Source of the DNA: a virus
Strand: one strand, 5' to 3'
Virus record (IMG/VR): IMGVR_UViG_3300048851_000098
Span: 32,001 to 96,000 of that record
DNA: 64,000 nucleotides
Positions 7,496 to 14,729 of this stretch are shown here, one piece after another. The first letter of the stretch is position 1; every line of letters starts with the position of its first letter. Both the position numbers and the translations under genes were made by a program. The notes beneath the pieces were generated by a model. The model was not told where the DNA came from. It saw nothing but the letters and a program-made list of their open reading frames with translations, and made no database searches.

Positions 7496-7568
7496 TGCGC
7501 GATAGTTCAATTGGCAGAACGCTCGACTGTTAATCGAGTAGTTGAAGGTTCAAATCCTTCTCGCGCAG
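7496..7568 (+). tRNA. trnN: tRNA-Asn(GTT)
   Basis: CTCGA-CTGTTAA-TCGAG; G73. Confidence 0.93.
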
Positions 7569-7569
7569 T

Positions 7570-7752
7570 ATGCGAATAGCAGCTCGTGTAGCACATACAA
7601 GAAACGGACCTGTTGTTACTATCGTTGATGATGTTCCTAACGATTGTGGTCCTGGCGAATATGTGATTCTGGAAGAACGCGAAGGAAAATACACAGAAGT
7701 CGGAGAATTTGGTAAAGATATAGATACTCGCACTGATAGCTCAGTCCGGTAG
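7570..7752 (+). CDS. small hypothetical protein
   Basis: Fills the Asn-Phe spacer; stop lies inside tRNA-Phe. Confidence 0.45.
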   Translation: MRIAARVAHTRNGPVVTIVDDVPNDCGPGEYVILEEREGKYTEVGEFGKDIDTRTDSSVR

Positions 7753-7804
7753 TAGCGCCTGTCTGAAAAGCAGGAGGTCCCTGGTTCGATTCCAGGTCAG
7801 TGCA
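7730..7804 (+). tRNA. trnF: tRNA-Phe(GAA)
   Basis: CCTGT-CTGAAAA-GCAGG. Confidence 0.92.
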
Positions 7805-7805
7805 T

Positions 7806-7880
7806 GGGTCCGTAGCATAATTGGAACAATGCCCCTGGTTGTGGTCCAGGTCGATGCGGATTCGAATTCCGCCGGACCCC
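7806..7880 (+). tRNA. trnH: tRNA-His(GTG)
   Basis: CCTGG-TTGTGGT-CCAGG; C73. Confidence 0.9.
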
Positions 7881-8014
7881 TATGAAAATGATCGGGAGAT
7901 GTGTCGGATTGGGATACTGCTGGTGTCCCGAGTGCCGTCCTCGCGGCGATAGCAGAAAATCAGAAAGACGACGGATCAAGCGGCGCGAGCGTCAGAAATG
8001 GAAGAGAATCGTGA

Positions 8015-8218
8015 ATGGCGCGCAAATCTAGAGATCTGAGAGTAAGAGTAGGAGACGTTCTGACTGAGCATCAAGTCAGTCAGATTGAAAAACTAGAAGC
8101 GGAATGCGTAGCTCTTGCCAAGGAAGCAAATCGTTGGCGAGAGGAAGCGCATCGATTGAAGACTAGACGTAGCGCGGTGCGTGAATGGCTAGCGGGTCGC
8201 CTGCAAAGCGAACGATAG
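8015..8218 (+). CDS. small coiled-coil hypothetical protein
   Basis: Heptad pattern; 3' end overlaps tRNA-Cys. Confidence 0.4.
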   Translation: MARKSRDLRVRVGDVLTEHQVSQIEKLEAECVALAKEANRWREEAHRLKTRRSAVREWLAGRLQSER

Positions 8219-8241
8219 GGGTTCGATTCCCCTCCGCGCTT
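8171..8241 (+). tRNA. trnC: tRNA-Cys(GCA)
   Basis: TCGC-CTGCAAA-GCGA; U73. Confidence 0.88.
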
Positions 8242-8259
8242 CTTTGCTAAACTGCACGC

Positions 8260-8463
8260 ATGAATCTAAGAATTATTCGCAAAGGTACAATTTGGAAGTA
8301 TAAAAACAGAACGGGAGCTGCTACTATTGTAAAAGTCATCTTTGTCCATACCATCGCAAGTGTCACATGGGTTGCCTTTATGCCGATTCACCGCGATAGA
8401 CTTGGCGGGGTAATGACAAGAGAAGACTTTTGTGATACATTCGAGTGGATGTCGAGCAAATAA
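8260..8463 (+). CDS. small hypothetical protein
   Basis: Fills the Cys-Val spacer exactly. Confidence 0.45.
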   Translation: MNLRIIRKGTIWKYKNRTGAATIVKVIFVHTIASVTWVAFMPIHRDRLGGVMTREDFCDTFEWMSSK

Positions 8464-8536
8464 GCCCGGATAACTCAGCGGTCAGAGTGCGGTCCTTACA
8501 AGACTGTGGTCCTTGGTTCGAATCCAAGTCTGGGCA
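8464..8536 (+). tRNA. trnV: tRNA-Val(TAC)
   Basis: CGGTC-CTTACAA-GACTG. Confidence 0.93.
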
Positions 8537-8539
8537 CTT

Positions 8540-8746
8540 ATGAGTCTTTTTGTATGTGAAGAATGTAGATGTATCGAGAACACTGCAACCAGTAAATACT
8601 GGTTGCGTAGCGAGATCGACGGAAAAAGACTCTGTTCGCTGTGTGACCCTCGAATTGGAAAATGGCATAACATCTTTCCGCGTGAGACAATTTCCGAATT
8701 TGAACAACGAATCGGAAGACCAGTAGATCGCAGCAACTATTTGTAA
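8540..8746 (+). CDS. small Zn-finger-like protein
   Basis: FVCEECRCIENTA...LCSLCDP...WH. Confidence 0.6.
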   Translation: MSLFVCEECRCIENTATSKYWLRSEIDGKRLCSLCDPRIGKWHNIFPRETISEFEQRIGRPVDRSNYL

Positions 8747-8752
8747 CAACCA

Positions 8753-8827
8753 CGGGATATAGCGCAGCCTGGCTAGCGCGCTCGCTTTGGGAGCGAGAGG
8801 TCGAAGGTTCGAATCCTTCTATCCCGA
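8753..8827 (+). tRNA. trnP: tRNA-Pro(TGG)
   Basis: CTCGC-TTTGGGA-GCGAG. Confidence 0.94.
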
Positions 8828-8828
8828 C

Positions 8829-8899
8829 TGCGGAGTAGTCTAACGGCAAGACGCACGGTTCTGGCCCGTGAGTAGAGGGTTCGAGTCCTTCCTCCGCAT
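8829..8899 (+). tRNA. trnQ: tRNA-Gln(CTG)
   Basis: CACGG-TTCTGGC-CCGTG. Confidence 0.92.
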
Positions 8900-9002
8900 T
8901 ATGCCGCTACATGATCTTATTGCTCTAGGAATTCTTATTGCTGTGATACTGCTAATTGGATTGCTTTTGTTGATTTTCTTCGAACTGAAAGACTGACCCC
9001 TT

Positions 9003-9074
9003 GGGGGTCTAGCTCGAAGGTCGAGCAGGGAGCTTTTAACTCTCCGGTGATGGGTTCGATTCCCTCGGCCCCCA
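9003..9074 (+). tRNA. trnK: tRNA-Lys(TTT)
   Basis: GGGAG-CTTTTAA-CTCTC. Confidence 0.9.
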
Positions 9075-9076
9075 CT

Positions 9077-9268
9077 ATGAAAACTGAAACGTTTTATTGT
9101 GATCGGTGTAAAATAGAAGTTCATCCGGAGCGTCTGCATAGGATCACACATGATTGGTATCCTGCTGCGAATGTCTCTGAGACTTATGATTTTTGCGTAA
9201 ATTGTATTACTGATATCGTAAATGTAATCAATCGCGCAAGTGATACAAATCAGTTTCGATTTCGATGA
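9077..9268 (+). CDS. small CxxC...CxxC protein
   Basis: YCDRC...DFCVNC. Confidence 0.55.
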   Translation: MKTETFYCDRCKIEVHPERLHRITHDWYPAANVSETYDFCVNCITDIVNVINRASDTNQFRFR

Positions 9269-9339
9269 TGGCGGATCGTCTAATGGTAAGACGCAAGCCT
9301 TTGGAGCTTGCTATCGGGGTTCGAATCCCTGTCCGCCAG
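9269..9339 (+). tRNA. trnQ: tRNA-Gln(TTG)
   Basis: CAAGC-CTTTGGA-GCTTG. Confidence 0.93.
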
Positions 9340-9448
9340 TGGCAATGACTAGACAGCGTACGAGTTGAACAGGGAAGCTGGCACGTCAGGCGTGTAGAGG
9401 TTGAGTCGGTACCAGGCTCGCCGTCCCTTGCGGCCCTTGTCATTGCCA
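9340..9448 (+). ncRNA. branched RNA closed by a perfect 10-bp helix, unassigned
   Basis: TGGCAATGAC/GTCATTGCCA; inner AGGGA/TCCCT and CACG-TCAGG-CGTG. Confidence 0.5.
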
Positions 9449-9468
9449 ATTCGTTTACCGCAGCACCT

Positions 9469-9542
9469 ACCCCGGTAGCTCAACTGGACAGAGCGCTGGT
9501 CTACGGAACCAGAGGTTTGGGGTTCGAATCCCTAGCGGGGTG
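9469..9542 (+). tRNA. trnR: tRNA-Arg(ACG)
   Basis: CTGGT-CTACGGA-ACCAG. Confidence 0.92.
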
Positions 9543-9552
9543 CTGTAACAAT

Positions 9553-9646
9553 GGGCCGGTAGCCAAGGTTAGGACAGGCCACTCCCCGGCAGTGGTAGCT
9601 GTCGGAAGAGAAGGAGTGAAAGCGGGTTCGAATCCCGTCCGGTCCA
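9553..9646 (+). ncRNA. tRNA-like RNA with Ala identity (G3-U70, A73) and the anticodon loop replaced by a 27-nt hairpin module
   Basis: Acceptor GGGCCGG/CCGGTCC-A; D arm GCC/GGC; stem ACTCC/GGAGT enclosing CCGGCAG-TGGTAG-CTGTCGG-AAGAGAA; T arm GCGGG-TTCGAAT-CCCGT. Confidence 0.75.
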
Positions 9647-9647
9647 T

Positions 9648-9677
9648 TTGACACAGACTATGATTCTTGTGTATAGT
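9648..9677 (+). promoter_or_regulatory. sigma70/SigA promoter with extended -10
   Basis: TTGACA-N18-TATAGT preceded by TGTG. Confidence 0.75.
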
Positions 9678-9791
9678 AGCTCTACCTTCGCAAAAGGTGC
9701 GTTACGAGTAGGTTCTGGAAATTTCTGCAAACCATCAACTGGTTGAGAAACGCCTAAAGTTGCATCGAAGTCAGAATAGATGCAGCTCCGC

Positions 9792-9862
9792 TGCGGATTG
9801 GTGGATTGGTACCACGCGAGGCTCATAACCTTGAGGGACGGGTTCGATTCCCGTATCCGCTA
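9792..9862 (+). tRNA. trnM: tRNA-Met(CAT); unpaired 1:72 suggests initiator-like, Ile2 not excluded
   Basis: CGAGG-CTCATAA-CCTTG; U1-U72 mismatch. Confidence 0.85.
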
Positions 9863-9940
9863 TGTGCGATAGCTGGCCGCGCATCTCTGAGTGTGCCTTT
9901 GGCATTTATCAGACAAGGGTCTTCGACTCCCAGCTAACTA

Positions 9941-10012
9941 GGGCGATTGGTGTAATCGGGAACACACTAGCTTTGCAAGCTAGAATTGGGGGTTCGACTC
10001 CCCCATTGTCCA
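9941..10012 (+). tRNA. trnA: tRNA-Ala(TGC)
   Basis: CTAGC-TTTGCAA-GCTAG; G3-U70; A73. Confidence 0.92.
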
Positions 10013-10107
10013 TGCCGAGCCGGATGTGATGGATTATCTTGGTAAATGGTGCGACCCACCTACCGAGTTCGAGTCTCGGGTATCCACCGCAATTGATTTG
10101 CTCGGCA
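10013..10107 (+). ncRNA. Y RNA (distal copy with a T-arm only)
   Basis: TGCCGAGC/GCTCGGCA ends; CGAGCCGGA-N9-TTATCT...ATTTGCTCG motif as in the three Ro60-adjacent RNAs; CCGAG-TTCGAGT-CTCGG. Confidence 0.75.
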
Positions 10108-10133
10108 ATCTAAATCCACAAAGGAGGCGAATC

Positions 10134-10169
10134 ATGCTGAAGCGCCTGCTTGTCCTTAGGACAAGCTAG
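10134..10169 (+). promoter_or_regulatory. putative leader peptide MLKRLLVLRTS
   Basis: Strong RBS AAGGAGG 10121-10127; ORF contains hairpin GCTTGTCC/GGACAAGC. Confidence 0.45.
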
Positions 10170-10238
10170 CCTCAGTCGAAGGGACGGATGAACCGTCTCT
10201 AGTGCCGGCTGGGGCGCCCCGAAAGGGGGTGAAACAGC

Positions 10239-10415
10239 ATGGCTAGTGGAACGCCCCATACGGCGAAGTCCACCACTACGAAGACGAACAAAAAACGTCT
10301 TCGCAAGGGCGGTCGTAACGAGCGAAAGTACGCGAGATATCGCGCTCGCGTCGGTAAGCCGAACGGCCCCGGTATGCCCGGTAATAAGTCGGGCAAGAAC
10401 AAGATCCATTCATAG
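10239..10415 (+). CDS. 58-aa highly basic protein (not in the ORF track)
   Basis: MASGTPHTAKSTTTKTNKKRLRKGGRNERKYARYRARVGKPNGPGMPGNKSGKNKIHS; RBS GGGGGTG; terminator follows. Confidence 0.6.
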   Translation: MASGTPHTAKSTTTKTNKKRLRKGGRNERKYARYRARVGKPNGPGMPGNKSGKNKIHS

Positions 10416-10447
10416 GGGGTGAGCTAATGTCTCCCCACAAGGCAACG

Positions 10448-10471
10448 GCCCCGCTTTCGAGTGGGGCTTTT
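10448..10471 (+). terminator. intrinsic terminator
   Basis: GCCCCGC-TTTCGA-GTGGGGC-TTTT. Confidence 0.75.
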
Positions 10472-10634
10472 GTCGTTCCCTAGAAGACAAGTACGAGCAT
10501 CAGAATTACTGCTGCCCAAAACGCAATAAGGAAAGCAGTAATAGTTACCAGCATCTCTGTCTCTCGTGTACGATTGTTCATCTTCGCGATTTTACACGAT
10601 TACCTTGCTATCAACTTCGCGCTAAGATAGCATC

Positions 10635-10997
10635 ATGCAAGAAGATCAAAACCCTGATCGGATCTACATCAGGGAGGCTGCGGAGATGCTGAATCGTCGC
10701 ATGCCCACACTGCGAAAGTGGGATCGCGATAGAGAACTTCCTACGCATCTCTGCCCAAGACGCGGTATTCGTGGTTGGCGATATTGGAGTCCTGAGCAGA
10801 TCGAAGGAATCCGGCAATGGCTTCGGGATACTGATAAACGTCCCGGAAAGAGTTTGCCGCATTACAATCCCACAGAAGAACAACTGAATAACGCAATCGC
10901 AGCAATGCGAAGACCACGATGGAGATTCGGAAAAGCCGGACCATCTGGTATTGTTTTCACAGAAGAAAAAATAGAAAAGGAAAACAATGGCGACTAA
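10635..10997 (+). CDS. MerR-type HTH DNA-binding protein
   Basis: IYIREAAEMLNRRMPTLRKWDR...P.R...GWRYWS; TAAGAT -10 six nt upstream (leaderless). Confidence 0.8.
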   Translation: MQEDQNPDRIYIREAAEMLNRRMPTLRKWDRDRELPTHLCPRRGIRGWRYWSPEQIEGIRQWLRDTDKRPGKSLPHYNPTEEQLNNAIAAMRRPRWRFGKAGPSGIVFTEEKIEKENNGD

Positions 10998-11394
10998 TCC
11001 TTTCATCGCTAGAACTGTGGGAAAAGAAGACACACAGTCGCGAGCCAAGGCTGATTCTGCGTCTAGACGTGCAAATGAACAGGTGTCAGGACTTGATGCC
11101 GGTAACGGGTGGCCTCGCAACGCGAGAGGCACACCAATGGTCGAGGCAGAAATGTCTTGTGCCGAGCTGATTCCAACAGGAAACTACGCCAATGTATCTA
11201 TTGGTCCTGCTCGCATCCATTTTCTCATCGATCCTGATCGCGATCTCGAATCAGGAAATTACTTCACGTCTGAGCAGTGGACGAATATCACTCGTGCTCT
11301 CAATGAAGCTGCGGAATTGGTAGGAACTGACGTTATTGCCGTACAACGCAATCTCGTCATGGAGTCGATGCAAGAGCAGATTGGACAGAGATGA
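10987..11394 (+). CDS. hypothetical protein
   Basis: Coupled ORF in the replication operon. Confidence 0.65.
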   Translation: MATNPFIARTVGKEDTQSRAKADSASRRANEQVSGLDAGNGWPRNARGTPMVEAEMSCAELIPTGNYANVSIGPARIHFLIDPDRDLESGNYFTSEQWTNITRALNEAAELVGTDVIAVQRNLVMESMQEQIGQR

Positions 11395-11723
11395 TGGATG
11401 AAAGACAGATTAGAGATGAGGGATTTGTCAGAGTGGATGAGGAAGGAACACCTGTTGTTGAGCATCGCCCTCTCGACATGAAGGATCTCGCCGGCCCGCT
11501 CGATGTAGTTCATCTCCCGCAGGTTCTCAACGACGAGTTCGGACTGAGCCTCAGTGAAGCTCGACGCATCCTCACCTACGGCGTGGAGATCGATAGCCAG
11601 CCGTGGACTGGTGGCTTGGATGTGCCGCTTGAAGAGATCGATGGAAAGCTCGTGAGAGTAAAGGATCAGACGAAGAGTCTGATGTTCACGTATCGCCCAG
11701 CGCGCGACCGCTATTTCGGCTAA
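11391..11723 (+). CDS. stand-alone S4-like RNA-binding domain resembling the TyrRS C-terminus
   Basis: VHLPQVLNDEFGLSLSEARRIL..GVEIDSQP...LDVP...DGKLVRV resembles the S4 SxSEARR..I..G.V..DG pattern; recalled similarity only. Confidence 0.55.
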   Translation: MMDERQIRDEGFVRVDEEGTPVVEHRPLDMKDLAGPLDVVHLPQVLNDEFGLSLSEARRILTYGVEIDSQPWTGGLDVPLEEIDGKLVRVKDQTKSLMFTYRPARDRYFG

Positions 11724-11725
11724 AG

Positions 11726-13075
11726 ATGGATATTGAGCGCGCTCTCATCAGCAAGATTATCTCGACTGGACAACTGGAAGAAGTAGTAAGTCGAGGCATT
11801 CGCTTCGACTTTTTTAGCGATCCAGAATGTCAAGATATGTTCAAGTATCTTGCCGGTCATGTTCGTAGATACAAGGTTGCTCCCTCTTCTGCTGCGGTGA
11901 AGGAAGCAAAGCCCGGTTTTGAGTATGTAATCGTTCAAGATCCGCTTAATTATTTGATTGACGAGTTTGTTGTCAAAGTCAAGCGACTCAAGGCGAATGA
12001 AATGCTCAGAGAGCTGGCAGTGATTGCTAGCGACAGAGAGAAGAGCCGCGATATCGAGTTGCACTTCATGGAAATCAGTCGCACGCTGGCGACCATGGTT
12101 CCCTCTATCGAAGTTCACAATTTCGCTAGAGATATGGAATCTCGTATTATCGATTACGAGAGAAAAGCAAAGGAAGGTGTTCCGCCTGGAATTCCTTTCG
12201 GTTTCCCGACACTTGATCGTTGGACTGGTGGCATTCAGTCGCACGAATTTGTGACGGTGATGGCCCCATCTGGTGTTGGCAAGTCGACAATGCTGATGAA
12301 GATGGCATTCAATGCGTGGATGGCCGGAAAGACTCCACTCGTTATTTCGCTTGAGATGGAGAAGCATGCCATTGCCCGTAAGTTCGATGCCATGTTCGCC
12401 GGCATCGACTACAACAAAATTAAACACCTTGAACTTCCTGAAGTACAACTTCGCCGTTGGCGTCAAAAATTGCAGGAAGTTGAAGGAAGAGGATGTGACA
12501 TTCCGATCATCGATTCGATTCGCGAATGCACTCCTGATCACGTATTTGCTGAGACTGTTCGGCACAGTCCCGACATTGTTTTCATCGACTACCTGAGCCT
12601 TATGCGGTCCTCGCGGCCCAACAGTAGTAGTTCGTCTCAGTGGCAGACCATCACTGAGATCACTCAGGACATGAAGCAGAACGCGCGTACTCTGAGAGTT
12701 CCGATGGTGGCCGCCGCGCAGACCAATCGCGAAGGCTTCAAGAGAGGCGTCGATCTCGAAAACGTAGGCCAGTCGATTTCTATCGTTTGGGATTCAGACA
12801 TCATCGTTGCGCTGTGGGCGACCGACGAGATGAAAGAAGCCAATCGCATTGATCTCAACCTGCTGAAGAATCGTGATGGTCGTCTTGGTCAACTCAGAGG
12901 CGTGTGGGATCACAAGCACGCCGACTATCGCGAGTGGAGAGATGGTGAAGAGCTGCGTCATTTCCAGCGCGAAGAGCAAGATCGTCAGGAAGATGAACTT
13001 GACAAGGCAATGGAAGTAGCCAAAGAAAAGGCCAAAGCTCAGATGGGAAACCCATTCGAAAAGTTTATGAGATGA
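11726..13075 (+). CDS. dnaB: DnaB-like replicative helicase
   Basis: APSGVGKST, ISLEM, FIDYL, AAAQTNRE, LLKNRDG. Confidence 0.95.
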   Translation: MDIERALISKIISTGQLEEVVSRGIRFDFFSDPECQDMFKYLAGHVRRYKVAPSSAAVKEAKPGFEYVIVQDPLNYLIDEFVVKVKRLKANEMLRELAVIASDREKSRDIELHFMEISRTLATMVPSIEVHNFARDMESRIIDYERKAKEGVPPGIPFGFPTLDRWTGGIQSHEFVTVMAPSGVGKSTMLMKMAFNAWMAGKTPLVISLEMEKHAIARKFDAMFAGIDYNKIKHLELPEVQLRRWRQKLQEVEGRGCDIPIIDSIRECTPDHVFAETVRHSPDIVFIDYLSLMRSSRPNSSSSSQWQTITEITQDMKQNARTLRVPMVAAAQTNREGFKRGVDLENVGQSISIVWDSDIIVALWATDEMKEANRIDLNLLKNRDGRLGQLRGVWDHKHADYREWRDGEELRHFQREEQDRQEDELDKAMEVAKEKAKAQMGNPFEKFMR

Positions 13076-13338
13076 GTGAAGACGAGCTTGGAAAGCAGGA
13101 CATCAAGAGAGTATACGAAGCAATCAGTACGTCTCGTCAAGATGATGAAGAATTTGATGGTGCTGTGCTGATTGGCTTCATGTCTATCGGTGAGTGGATT
13201 ACTGCTGAAGGCAAGAAGTATTTGACACTCATTGATGGCAACGGCTCAGGTGAACGCTTGCATCGTTGGCAAGTACAAGGGTACTGTTTCAATCTTCTGC
13301 ACGACCCCTTGTGGGGACCTGATCGCAAGGAGGACTAA
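13072..13338 (+). CDS. hypothetical protein
   Basis: ATGA-coupled to dnaB. Confidence 0.6.
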   Translation: MSEDELGKQDIKRVYEAISTSRQDDEEFDGAVLIGFMSIGEWITAEGKKYLTLIDGNGSGERLHRWQVQGYCFNLLHDPLWGPDRKED

Positions 13339-13591
13339 TGCCATTTGATATCGGCACTAGCAACCATTCTAACTTCTATCTGAGAAACCCAATCTATTAT
13401 CCGCCGTTTCAATACGGAACTGGAACCAGAGTCAAGCTGGTGGATCGGCTTCAGCAACAGCATCATTACAACGATTTTCATTTTCAGATTCCAAGAATCA
13501 CACTCGACAGAATCACGCTCGACATGCTTTCAAGAGCGTGGGACGATCCAGAAATTCTTCCGAGATCAGACATGGATGAAATCTATCTCAG

Positions 13592-14671
13592 ATGTCCCGA
13601 TTTGACGTAACAAATGTAGATGTTGAGCATTTTCTTGACACTCTAGAGATTCGGAATATCACAAAAGCGACGGAGGAGGAATTCCGATTCTCCTGCCCCT
13701 ACCCGAATCACTCGGGTGGCGATGAGTCACCGTCGTGTTATATGAATGCCGAGACAACTAAGTTCTATTGCCATGGGTGCAAGGAACGAGGCAACGCGAT
13801 TTCGTTTGCCTCTTATTGTCTCGGTATTTCATATATCGCATCAATTTCTCTACTTCGATCGGCATATCAGCCTGGCGCTCTCGACCCTGACGAGATCGAC
13901 ATGGTTGCCGAGATTGAGCGTTTGCTCAATCTAAGAGAAGAAATTGATGAACAACCATTGCTTCCTCCATCTCTCGTAGATAACTACGAGATGGATTGGA
14001 AATTGGCATGGGATGCTTATCAGGAAGGTAATGGCTTCGAACCAGCCAACTACATGTTCGAGCGTGGATTTGATTGGGAAACGCTCACAACATGGGGATT
14101 CGGTTGGGATGATTTTTCCAAGCGCATTGTCTTTCCTGTGTATGACGACGTTGGTCGTCTGATCGGATTCAAGGGGCGAGCCACAGACGGCCGGCATCCG
14201 AAGTACCTCGTGCTCGGTGACGGGCCTAGAAGATCGCTCTACGGCTTTCCGCGTTATTACCCGTCCAGAGTGGTGTTCGGGGCCTACAGAATCCAGGACG
14301 ACCCGGTTCTGATCGTCTGCGAGGGTGAGCTGAATGCCATTGCCGTGACGATGAAGACGGGCCTTCCCGCAGTGGCGATCAACGGCTCCCACTTCACCGA
14401 ATACCACTCCAAGGTCATTCGCAGAATTGCATCTGAAGTGATCCTTTTTCTGGACACCGACAGAGCTGGTGACGATGCCGTGTGGGGCTGGGACGATGAG
14501 AGAACTGGTAAGCACCATTCAGGAATCGTAGAAAGTCTTAGTCCATTTCTCCCTATCAGACTCGTTCCTCCGCACGAGGGTGACCCTGCTTCTATGACAA
14601 AAGAAGAGATCATCGAGTGTGTAGAAAGATCAGAGTCAGATCTATTGACATTTCTTTCTGAACCTTGCTAA
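13592..14671 (+). CDS. dnaG: DnaG-type primase (CHC2 Zn finger plus TOPRIM)
   Basis: CPYPNH...CHGC; RIVFP; GFKGR; CEGELNA; FLDTDRAG. Confidence 0.93.
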   Translation: MSRFDVTNVDVEHFLDTLEIRNITKATEEEFRFSCPYPNHSGGDESPSCYMNAETTKFYCHGCKERGNAISFASYCLGISYIASISLLRSAYQPGALDPDEIDMVAEIERLLNLREEIDEQPLLPPSLVDNYEMDWKLAWDAYQEGNGFEPANYMFERGFDWETLTTWGFGWDDFSKRIVFPVYDDVGRLIGFKGRATDGRHPKYLVLGDGPRRSLYGFPRYYPSRVVFGAYRIQDDPVLIVCEGELNAIAVTMKTGLPAVAINGSHFTEYHSKVIRRIASEVILFLDTDRAGDDAVWGWDDERTGKHHSGIVESLSPFLPIRLVPPHEGDPASMTKEEIIECVERSESDLLTFLSEPC

Positions 14672-14674
14672 GGT
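14645..14674 (+). promoter_or_regulatory. promoter for the SSB gene
   Basis: TTGACA-N18-TAAGGT with TG extension. Confidence 0.7.
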
Positions 14675-14729
14675 GATCACACGCGGCGGAAACGCCAGAA
14701 ATAATCAGAAGCAGTAGAGGGAGAATTAC

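Noticed and set aside
9385-9400. SRP RNA (TCAGG motif)
   Set aside because: Lacks the GGAAG/AGCAG domain IV signature.
9870-9937. Additional tRNA
   Set aside because: The 7-bp acceptor-like helix TAGCTGG/CCAGCTA and TTCGACT are present, but the T-stem cannot form and there is no D arm or clear anticodon; at most a degenerate remnant.
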